This document shows positions 56,599 to 64,000 of a stretch of 64,000 nt of DNA, piece after piece. Within the stretch, counting starts at the first letter, position 1. Each line of letters starts with the position of its first letter. The notes under the pieces were generated by a model, which saw nothing but the letters and a program-made list of their open reading frames with translations, did no database searches and was not told the DNA's origin. Both the position numbers and the translations under genes were made by a program. Origin of the DNA: an uncultured Verrucomicrobiae bacterium. GTDB lineage: Bacteria > Chlamydiota > Chlamydiia > Chlamydiales > Rhabdochlamydiaceae. The stretch covers positions 64,001 to 128,000 of the forward strand of contig CAWFUG010000011.1 of the NCBI GenBank assembly GCA_963818965.1, given 5' to 3'.

Positions 56599-56693
56599 TA
56601 CCCCGCCCGGTCAGGAATTGCGAATTTGAGCTGCGTGGGATCCCAGGGCTTATGTACCGCTTAAATGCACCACCCTCAAGTGCACGGGGTATA
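56597..56693. mobile_element. internally deleted hybrid family A element (A2 left arm, degenerate A1 right arm)
   Basis: TATACCCCGCCCGGTCAGGAATTGCGAATTTGAGC...GCTTAAATGCACCACCCTCAAGTGCACGGGGTATA. Confidence 0.8.
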
Positions 56694-56766
56694 TTTATAG
56701 ACACAAGCGCCTTATAATCAATACACTAATGGTTGTTTTTGTCGTGTTCAGAACTTCTCATAAAAT

Positions 56767-56881
56767 CGACATTTGTCATTCCTATGGTATAAAAAAACCA
56801 CAGGTCTCCATGTCATAGGATTGACATTTGTCATTCTTATGGTATAGAATTAGGCTAAAATCTCATACCACAGGAATGACA
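56767..56881 (+). promoter_or_regulatory. promoter with three operator-like 17-bp repeats
   Basis: TGTCATTCYTRTGGTAT at 56774, 56829 and inverted at 56865; TTGACA-18 bp-TAGAAT at 56821-56850. Confidence 0.7.
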
Positions 56882-58353
56882 TGAAAAAGGCGGTAGTAAG
56901 ATTTGATGCAAAGCAAAGGAAGTTCATAGGAAGAAAAAAAGAACTGGAAGATCTGAATCTTTTACTAAAAAAAAGAACATCTAGTCTTGTTGTTATTCGA
57001 GGGCGAAGGCGCGTAGGAAAGAGTCGTCTTATCCAAGAATTTGTAAAAGATAAAAATAGCTGGACCTTCGTCGGCCTTCCCCCGATTAAAATGACTAGAG
57101 AAAGACAGATCGATGAATTTTTATCACAACTTTCCCAAAACTTGAAAATACCGAAAATCCAACCTAGCAATTGGAATTGGAGCGAATGTTTTTCTTTTTT
57201 GGCCGCTCATGCACAAAAACAAAAAATAGTGATCGTTTTTGATGAAATCTCGTGGATGGGTTCAGAAGACCCTGACTTTCTAGGCCACTTAAAAAATGCC
57301 TGGGATCTCTATTTTTCTGCTAATCCAAATTTGATCCTGATTCTATGCGGTTCCGTATCAATCTGGATAGAGGAAAATATTCTCAGCAATACGGGATTCG
57401 TTGGGAGAGTCTCCATCGATATGAAATTAGAAGAACTTTCGATATCTCAAAGTCAAGAGTTTTGGGGAAGACAAAAGGATAGACTCAGTTCTTATGAGAA
57501 ATTTAAACTCTTAGCTGTAACAGGAGGAATCCCCAAATATCTTGAGGAAATTATCCCAGAGCAAACTGCTGAAGAAAACATCCAAAGACTATGCTTTCAA
57601 TCCAATGGGCTATTATATCGCGAATATGACCAAATATTCTCAGATCTTTTTTCAAAGCGAGCTAAAACTTATAGTCATATCATAAGTACGTTAAACAAAA
57701 AGGCTTTAACCTTAGACGAAATTTGCAAAATTTTGAAGAAGGAAAAAAGTGGCAACATCTCAAAATATTTGCACGGTCTAATTTCCGCTGGTTTTGTATC
57801 AGAAGATGGAACATGGAATTTAAAGGAAGAAAAAGCATCCCAACTTAAAAAATTTCGACTTAAAGATAACTATATCAGATTTTACTTAAGATATATTGAG
57901 CCCAATAAGAGAAAGATATCGAAAAATTTTTTTGATTCAGGAGTGCTGAATTTGCCGGGGTGGGAATCGATTATGGGGTTGCAATTTGAAAACTTGGTTG
58001 TGAATAATCTTAAAGAGCTCTGCAAAATTCTTAAAATTGATACTCAGGATATAGTCATGGAAGGGCCCTTTTTTCAAAGAGCCACAAAAAGACAAAAAGG
58101 ATGCCAGATTGACCTCCTGATTCAAACTCGACACAATACCCTTTACCTTTGCGAAATTAAGTTTAAAATAAGACAAGTCGACACATCGATTATAGAAGAG
58201 ATTGAGAGAAAAATGAGCAGCATTTCAATTCCAAAAAGTTATTCAATTAGAACTGTTCTTATTCATGTTAACGGAGTAAGCCAAAATGTTGTAGAAAGCG
58301 AGATATTCAGCCATATCGTAGACTTTTCCAATTTCTTAACTTTGCAAATTTGA
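56881..58353 (+). CDS. archaeal-type ATPase with wHTH and C-terminal PD-(D/E)xK-like (DUF234-type) domain
   Basis: FIGRKKEL, GRRRVGKS, VFDE, LCGS, TGGIPKYL, QIDLL, CEIKF; AT-rich. Confidence 0.88.
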   Translation: MKKAVVRFDAKQRKFIGRKKELEDLNLLLKKRTSSLVVIRGRRRVGKSRLIQEFVKDKNSWTFVGLPPIKMTRERQIDEFLSQLSQNLKIPKIQPSNWNWSECFSFLAAHAQKQKIVIVFDEISWMGSEDPDFLGHLKNAWDLYFSANPNLILILCGSVSIWIEENILSNTGFVGRVSIDMKLEELSISQSQEFWGRQKDRLSSYEKFKLLAVTGGIPKYLEEIIPEQTAEENIQRLCFQSNGLLYREYDQIFSDLFSKRAKTYSHIISTLNKKALTLDEICKILKKEKSGNISKYLHGLISAGFVSEDGTWNLKEEKASQLKKFRLKDNYIRFYLRYIEPNKRKISKNFFDSGVLNLPGWESIMGLQFENLVVNNLKELCKILKIDTQDIVMEGPFFQRATKRQKGCQIDLLIQTRHNTLYLCEIKFKIRQVDTSIIEEIERKMSSISIPKSYSIRTVLIHVNGVSQNVVESEIFSHIVDFSNFLTLQI

Positions 58354-59823
58354 AGTCCTGAGAGAGCACGCATCTAAAATAACGAGACACTCGACGTGCA
58401 TCGTCTGGGGGAACATGTCGAAAGGCTGCACGGTCGTAACGCGGTACCCCGCTTGGCTTAAAAATTGCAAGTCGCGCGCCAAGGTCGCTGGGTCGCAGGA
58501 GATGTAGGCGATCCGGTGGGGCTTAAGCACCACGAGCGCCTCGAGGAAAGGGCGCTCACATCCTTTTCTGGGGGGATTGATGAGGGCGAGATCGATCTGA
58601 TTCAGCTCTGCGATCTTTTCTTCTGCGAGACCACAGATGAAATGAGTGTTTTCGATCCCATTGCGCTGTGCATTCTCTTTTGCATCGACGATCGCTTCGG
58701 GGACAGATTCGATGCCGATGACCTCTTTCGCCTTTTGTGCAAAGAAGAGAGAGAGCGTTCCCACGCCGCAATAGGCATCTAAGACCCTTTCTCGACCCGT
58801 CAACTCACTGAGCTCCAGCGCCTTTTTGTAAAGCGCCTCCGCTTGAGGCGGGTTGACCTGAAAAAAGGAAGCGGGAGAGACTTTAAAATAGAGACCACCT
58901 AGAGTCTCTTCGATCCAGCCCTGTCCGATGAGCGTGCGAAATTCCCGTCCTAAGATCACATTTGTCTCGAGTGGGTTGATGTTCTGCACCACCCCTTTAA
59001 TCTCAGGACTTGTGTGGAAGATCTCTTCTGCGAGCTGAGTGATGCTATACTGCGCCCGGTCAGGAATTGCGAATTTGAGCGCGTCAAAGCCCCGGGATTC
59101 CACGATCGAAAAGGGGGCCTGTATTTCCTCAATACTGGCCCCCTTTTCGATCGTGGAATCGCGGGAGCTGATCAAAGGCTCAAATTCGCAATTCCTGACC
59201 GGGCGCAGTATGGACTCATTTGAAGTGACGAGGATGACGAGGATCTCATTTTTATGGACGGCTGTTTTGATCAAAACATGCTTAATCCCTAATTCTGAAT
59301 GCTTCTCTAGAATGCGCTGTATGGAGCTGAGCGCCTTTTCTCCTAGAGGACAGTGGATGGCACAATTTTCGATCTCGATGAGATCGTGGGTGTTGCGCGC
59401 GTAGAGCCCTAAACGGTTCTCTTTACTGACGGGTAACTGGATCTTATTGCGATAAGACAAGGTTTGAGGCGAAGCGATACAGGGCAGCACCTCCGCATCG
59501 ATCTTCGCGATGCGCTGCAACGCATCGACGACGCGCATGCGTTTGGCCTCTAACTGCTTGGAATAACTCAGATGCATCAGCTGACACCCGCCACACCGTC
59601 CGAAGAGCGGACAAGGGGGCTCGGTACGATCGGGAGAGCGATTTAAGAACTCCACCACACGAGCGCGTGCAAAGCTCTTTCTGCGCTCATAGATTGCAGC
59701 GCGCACCCTTTCACCGGGTAGGGCCCCTTCGACAAAGAGGGTGTAGCCATCGACCTTACCGACCCCCTCTCCATGGATGCCTAGGCGTTCGACCAGGACT
59801 TCTATTTCTTTACTCTCTTCCAT
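58336..59823 (-). CDS. rlmD: 23S rRNA (uracil-C5)-methyltransferase RlmD containing a MITE-derived insertion
   Basis: TRAM domain, CPLFGRCGGCQ, SFFQVN, DAYCGVG, NPPRKG, YISC, DMFPQT. Confidence 0.95.
   Translation of the reverse strand: MEESKEIEVLVERLGIHGEGVGKVDGYTLFVEGALPGERVRAAIYERRKSFARARVVEFLNRSPDRTEPPCPLFGRCGGCQLMHLSYSKQLEAKRMRVVDALQRIAKIDAEVLPCIASPQTLSYRNKIQLPVSKENRLGLYARNTHDLIEIENCAIHCPLGEKALSSIQRILEKHSELGIKHVLIKTAVHKNEILVILVTSNESILRPVRNCEFEPLISSRDSTIEKGASIEEIQAPFSIVESRGFDALKFAIPDRAQYSITQLAEEIFHTSPEIKGVVQNINPLETNVILGREFRTLIGQGWIEETLGGLYFKVSPASFFQVNPPQAEALYKKALELSELTGRERVLDAYCGVGTLSLFFAQKAKEVIGIESVPEAIVDAKENAQRNGIENTHFICGLAEEKIAELNQIDLALINPPRKGCERPFLEALVVLKPHRIAYISCDPATLARDLQFLSQAGYRVTTVQPFDMFPQTMHVECLVILDACSLRTSNLQS
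59046..59212. mobile_element. palindromic MITE family A2 inserted in frame in rlmD
   Basis: 167 bp, near-identical to 53942-54108 with the central 17 bp inverted; right end TATG instead of TATA. Confidence 0.95.
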
Positions 59824-59879
59824 ATAAACACATAAGTTTTCCTGCTATTTTATAGCATAAAAACTAAATGTAAAACAAA

Positions 59880-60779
59880 TTATAAATTAATTTGTTTATG
59901 GGATTCGAGGAAGTTCACGAGTTGGGCGGGATAATCGGTGATCAGCCCATCGACTCCTAGCCCCAAAAGCCCTTCCCAGTTCTCTTGACTATTGGGTGTC
60001 CAGGGGATGACGCGCAGTCCCATCTTCTGGAAATACTCCACCTCTTCTATACTCGATACTAGGGAATACTCGGGAGAGACGATCTGCACTCCTAGATAAG
60101 AGAGCAAAAAAGAGAGTGAATCTTTAGCTGGTCCCGGAAAGCGGGACTCCAAATAATCCAAACTCGGCTGTGCAAAAATAAAACCCCGAATCGCTTTGGA
60201 GTCTAAACTGCCCACGCAACTCAAAATCTCAGGATCGAATGAGGAATAGTATACCCGATCGGAAAATCCATTTTCTTTCACCACGCGGACCACTGCCTCT
60301 GCAAACTCTTGGGCAGCGAGTGTATAATCCGGGTATCCGGGATGACGCTTGAGTTCGAGATTAAGACGCACGCGCTTTGCATTGGGATGAGCTGAAGTCT
60401 GGATCCAATCGAACAGCTCTTGCAAAGTAGGGATCTGCACACCAGCGATTGTCAATTGATCGGGAAATTCAGGGTTTTTCTTGCTTCCACAATCCAACGC
60501 CTTGATCTGCTCCATTGTCCACAAGCTGATCAACTCTCTTTCTTCACAAGAACAGAGCTCTGGGGCTGTAAAGAAATCGTGGTGGATAAAGACCACCCCA
60601 TCCTTTGAGACCAAGAGGTCTAGTTCGAGGACATCGACACCGGCACAAATCGCTTCCTCAAATGCAGGGAGCGTATTCTCAGGCATTGTCCCTCGTGAAC
60701 CGCGGTGCCCTTGTACCTCGATCGCATATGTTGAAGAAAAGAAAAGAGTCATAAAAAGAATACCTATATTCCTGATCAT
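59880..60779 (-). CDS. glycerophosphodiester phosphodiesterase, secreted
   Basis: GHRG...PENT, ELDL..SKDG, HD, NLELK, SSF, WT.N, GLITDYP. Confidence 0.93.
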   Translation of the reverse strand: MIRNIGILFMTLFFSSTYAIEVQGHRGSRGTMPENTLPAFEEAICAGVDVLELDLLVSKDGVVFIHHDFFTAPELCSCEERELISLWTMEQIKALDCGSKKNPEFPDQLTIAGVQIPTLQELFDWIQTSAHPNAKRVRLNLELKRHPGYPDYTLAAQEFAEAVVRVVKENGFSDRVYYSSFDPEILSCVGSLDSKAIRGFIFAQPSLDYLESRFPGPAKDSLSFLLSYLGVQIVSPEYSLVSSIEEVEYFQKMGLRVIPWTPNSQENWEGLLGLGVDGLITDYPAQLVNFLESHKQINL

Positions 60780-60828
60780 AAAATCACCTCGCAAAAATGT
60801 ACAAAGTCGAGTTGAACCGATCTCAGTT

Positions 60829-61290
60829 TCAAGTTCTGCTGTTTATCGGTTGGTCTGTAAGGTAAGTGCGCAGCGCCTCAATGCGCTCGCGATTGATTCC
60901 TCCATCAGAATAACCCATGCGTGACGCAGAACGGACTTTAACGGTTCCATTCTGTCGATCTACGGCAAATTCCAAATCATCTTTAAAGCGCATCATAGGA
61001 GTGGTCACTACGACATCGAGATACTCGGGAGTTCTCCGAACGACTTGTCCATTGTAATGCGCTATTAAAAACGCCTGAATCTGGTCCAAAGTTGCCTCAG
61101 AGGTAAAGGGAAGGGGAGCGATGTAGTGCGTTTCATCGTCATGGCAACAACACACGCAATTAGGAGTGTTTGGGCAAGGGTGTAAGCGCCCATTCACCAG
61201 TCCCACCGTCTTCGGCTTCGTTAAATTCTGCCAAAAGAAAAAACCGACAATCGCCACGAGCACAGCGATACCACCTACAATCCAACGCAT
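60829..61290 (-). CDS. DUF1499 family protein
   Basis: CPNTPNCV, F.DDLEF, VRSASRMGYSD.G.NR.R. Confidence 0.88.
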   Translation of the reverse strand: MRWIVGGIAVLVAIVGFFFWQNLTKPKTVGLVNGRLHPCPNTPNCVCCCHDDETHYIAPLPFTSEATLDQIQAFLIAHYNGQVVRRTPEYLDVVVTTPMMRFKDDLEFAVDRQNGTVKVRSASRMGYSDGGINRERIEALRTYLTDQPINSRT

Positions 61291-61514
61291 CCTCCCCCCC
61301 TTTTTTGATTTCTTGAGATTGTACCCCTTTAACTTGTTTTTGAGCAAACCCAGGATTTCTCTTTCACAACCTATTCATCATTAAGAGCATGTAGTTTTTC
61401 TAATCCCAGTAAAAAATTCCCGTCGCTTTTCACGTTCTTTACCACGCTGTTCTTTACCCAGACTAGGTCGAAAGTTGGCCGTGGAAATGCGTGTTTTTTA
61501 CAGGTAAAAGAGTC

Positions 61515-62918
61515 TTAGAAGAATGGATTGGAACCGAGCTGGAAAGCGCCAAAGAAGCCAAGAGCGCATGTGCCTACAAGCCCAGCGGTGGCGACAGCTA
61601 GATGGACCTTGCTCCTTTTGGCGATGTCCCCAAAATCTCCATCTTTGCTTTTCATTACAGAAAGGCCAGCATAGAGCAATTCTCCTGTCATGTGTACAAT
61701 GGCTCCAGCTTCCAAAAGAAGGGTCACAGGTCGGGGAAGGTAATCGCTCATTGCAGCTGCCGCAACGAGCTGAGCTGAAGAAAAAGCCATCTGCAGGAGG
61801 GGCCCGGCTGCATCAGTGATAGAGTGTTGCCAACTCGGTAGAGGCTCATCTGAATCGCAATAAAAAGTACGTCCTCCGATGGTCGTTGTGTAAATTTTGA
61901 TGGTTTGAGAATCCTTCTGAGTAAAATACCGATCGCTTAAGAGATGGCCCGTTTCATGCACTAAAACGTGTAGGGGCGCCAAGGATAATAATCGAAATAG
62001 CCGATTCTTTTGACAGCGCATGACGAGATCTGAAATAACGCCTGCTCCTTCAAAAGTGAAGGGAGACTTTATGTCTTTGAATGCGATTTTTACGCCCCCA
62101 ACCCGATAGAAACCTTCCTCTCCCAAAAGTAATGCCTGAAAAAAGTGGGCTATTTTTTTGTCTGCTTTTTTAGAGACGCGATACTCTTTGATTTTTTGCA
62201 AGGCATCCTGGCCGCTCAGATTCCAAATCTGCCAATGCTTACTGGTTCTAACATGCAGATAGATCCCATCGCATCGCATCTCTTTTACATCCCTCTTTTT
62301 GCTCACATCGATTGTCCCCAAGAAACGGCCTAGGCAATGGACATGAATCTGGTGTCCGGCGGCCGTAGGGCCTGTGCCCTGAAGAAAAAACCAGGGTTGG
62401 CGAGTATGAAAAAAAGAGACTTGAGAGTGTTTGAGAACGGGATCGGCGAGAAGAGGTGTTATTTGGTCGCGTCTAAATCTCTTAAATTCCCGAAAGAAGA
62501 GTCGATCGTCTTCTAGGGTATAAAGGCCGTCGCTATCGGTCTCGAAATGGCTGCAATTTTCCAGCTCCAGTAATTGCATTCCTTGTCTTTCGTCAGTCCC
62601 ATAAAAACCTTTATTGCGCATGAGGAGAAAGCCGAGATCCCCCGCAGCTGCGGTTTGAGTGGCACCGGGAGAGGAAAAAAAATCGAGTATCTTCCCGTAC
62701 ACTTTGTCAATGGATTTTTGCAATGCATACACTGTGAGATCTGCATCGGGGCGTCTTGTGAGAAAGAGCATTTGATTCTGCAATTTCCTGCATTTGTAAA
62801 TGAGATGGTTGAAGAATACATCAGACACCTTGTCTTTTGGTCGGGCGTGCAAAGAGGAGATGCTGCTTTCGAGCTCTAAATACCGCTCGCGGCATTCTAA
62901 AAAACAAGATATAGACAT
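61515..62918 (-). CDS. protein with C-terminal M50-like membrane metallopeptidase domain
   Basis: HETGH, AAGP, GDF, hydrophobic C-terminus. Confidence 0.7.
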   Translation of the reverse strand: MSISCFLECRERYLELESSISSLHARPKDKVSDVFFNHLIYKCRKLQNQMLFLTRRPDADLTVYALQKSIDKVYGKILDFFSSPGATQTAAAGDLGFLLMRNKGFYGTDERQGMQLLELENCSHFETDSDGLYTLEDDRLFFREFKRFRRDQITPLLADPVLKHSQVSFFHTRQPWFFLQGTGPTAAGHQIHVHCLGRFLGTIDVSKKRDVKEMRCDGIYLHVRTSKHWQIWNLSGQDALQKIKEYRVSKKADKKIAHFFQALLLGEEGFYRVGGVKIAFKDIKSPFTFEGAGVISDLVMRCQKNRLFRLLSLAPLHVLVHETGHLLSDRYFTQKDSQTIKIYTTTIGGRTFYCDSDEPLPSWQHSITDAAGPLLQMAFSSAQLVAAAAMSDYLPRPVTLLLEAGAIVHMTGELLYAGLSVMKSKDGDFGDIAKRSKVHLAVATAGLVGTCALGFFGAFQLGSNPFF

Positions 62919-63076
62919 AGTTTTGAGCGCCGGTTTTTATTTATGCTTTATTATATTATATAAATTAATAAAAACACACCAAAACTAACAATATTAAAAT
63001 GCGTGTTTTTTACTTAAAAAAGAATATAGATGGGAGCTTATGTTCAGTAAAATTTTACTGGACATATCCCCGTTCC

Positions 63077-64000
63077 TTAAAAGAAAGAACCCAGCTGAGA
63101 AGCTCCAAAAATACCGATGGCGCATGTGGCTACAAGTCCAGCGGTAGCTACAGCGAGATGGGCCGTGCTTATTTGAGCGATGTGTCCGAAATCCCCATCA
63201 TCTCTTTTCACTGCAGAAGTATAGGCATACAAGAGCTCACCTGCCATCTGCACCATCGCTCCCCCTTCCAAAAGAAGGGTGACAGGTCGAGGGAGGTAGG
63301 GTTTTAGGGCAACGGCTGTTGCCAGTTGAGCAGAAGACAAGACCGCATGCAAAAGAGGGCCTGCTGCATCGATCGCAGATCTCTGCCAATCGGGTAAAAC
63401 GTGACATAAGAAATGATACTCGGTGTTTCCCCCAAGAGCCTCTGTGGCAATTGTAATTTTTTTAGGTTTTTGCCCTGTAAAACCCTCGATTGCTAAAGCG
63501 TGACCCATCTCATGCCCCAAAACATGCAGAGGGGAAAGAGATAATTGTCGCAAAATAGGGATCTGGGCGCAACGGTTAGCAACAGCTGAAATTACCCCCG
63601 CCCCTTCGAAAGAGGCCACCTTTATGTCTGCGAATTGGATTTCTATTCCCCGGAAGTGGAAGGTACCCTCTCGTCCCAAGAGGAGGGATTGAAAAAAGCT
63701 CGCGGTTTTCTTCTCTGTTTTCCAACCGATCGGTTGTGTTCTCGTTTTGCAATCGAAAGCATCGTACTTTTGCAGCCGTTGCACCCATTTTGGATTTGTC
63801 AAATCCCAAATCTGCCAGTGCTTATTCATCCGCACATGCAGGTAGTTCTCATCGCAGTGCATGCTTTTAACGTCCTCTTTTTGGCTTAAATCGATGGTAT
63901 GCAGACGCTCCCCACTCTCTAAGGAAAACATATGGATGGTACGGACATCGGTTCTTACGGTCAGCGAAAGGAAAAGACGGTCCTGGGAGATGTGAAAAAG
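63077..64000 (-). CDS. paralog of 61515-62918 (M50-like), 5' end outside window
   Basis: HEMGH, AAGP, GDF; frame stays open to 64000. Confidence 0.7.
   Translation of the reverse strand, partial: LFHISQDRLFLSLTVRTDVRTIHMFSLESGERLHTIDLSQKEDVKSMHCDENYLHVRMNKHWQIWDLTNPKWVQRLQKYDAFDCKTRTQPIGWKTEKKTASFFQSLLLGREGTFHFRGIEIQFADIKVASFEGAGVISAVANRCAQIPILRQLSLSPLHVLGHEMGHALAIEGFTGQKPKKITIATEALGGNTEYHFLCHVLPDWQRSAIDAAGPLLHAVLSSAQLATAVALKPYLPRPVTLLLEGGAMVQMAGELLYAYTSAVKRDDGDFGHIAQISTAHLAVATAGLVATCAIGIFGASQLGSFF

Noticed and set aside
56444..56704. 86-aa minus-strand ORF
   Set aside because: Lies almost entirely within the stacked B and A elements
59014..59404. Two + strand ORFs antisense to rlmD
   Set aside because: Produced by the palindromic element being open in several frames

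Overview
This 64-kb window looks like the chromosome of an environmental member of the Chlamydiota. The evidence is a TLC/NTT nucleotide transporter, a SWIB-domain protein, a MOMP/Lpg1974-like porin, a eukaryote-like sterol reductase, many F-box effector-like genes and an aroD-aroE fusion. The housekeeping and metabolic genes include pncAB, adk, arfB, a DEAD-box helicase, ahpC, msrBA, mgtA, a shikimate operon and rlmD. Between them lie lower-GC accessory blocks: hicAB, a monooxygenase with PadR, a six-gene F-box effector array, a truncated tyrosine-recombinase-like gene and an ATPase-nuclease gene. The most striking non-gene signal is a set of non-autonomous palindromic elements. Family A (about 167 bp, TA duplication, net +165 bp) has inserted in frame into aroA and rlmD and adds a 55-residue peptide to each, like the Rickettsia palindromic elements. 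Three further MITE families (TA, TAA and 10-bp target duplications) are present, and some copies supply or preserve gene stop codons. There is also a CCACAGAG-type intergenic repeat. Separately, two complementary hairpin-bounded fragments of a YhcG/DUF1016 gene share an exact 40-bp repeat and bracket a four-gene block, which suggests recombination at coding hairpins. No rRNA, tRNA, CRISPR array or transposase was recognised. All product calls come from reading motifs by eye; no searches were run.
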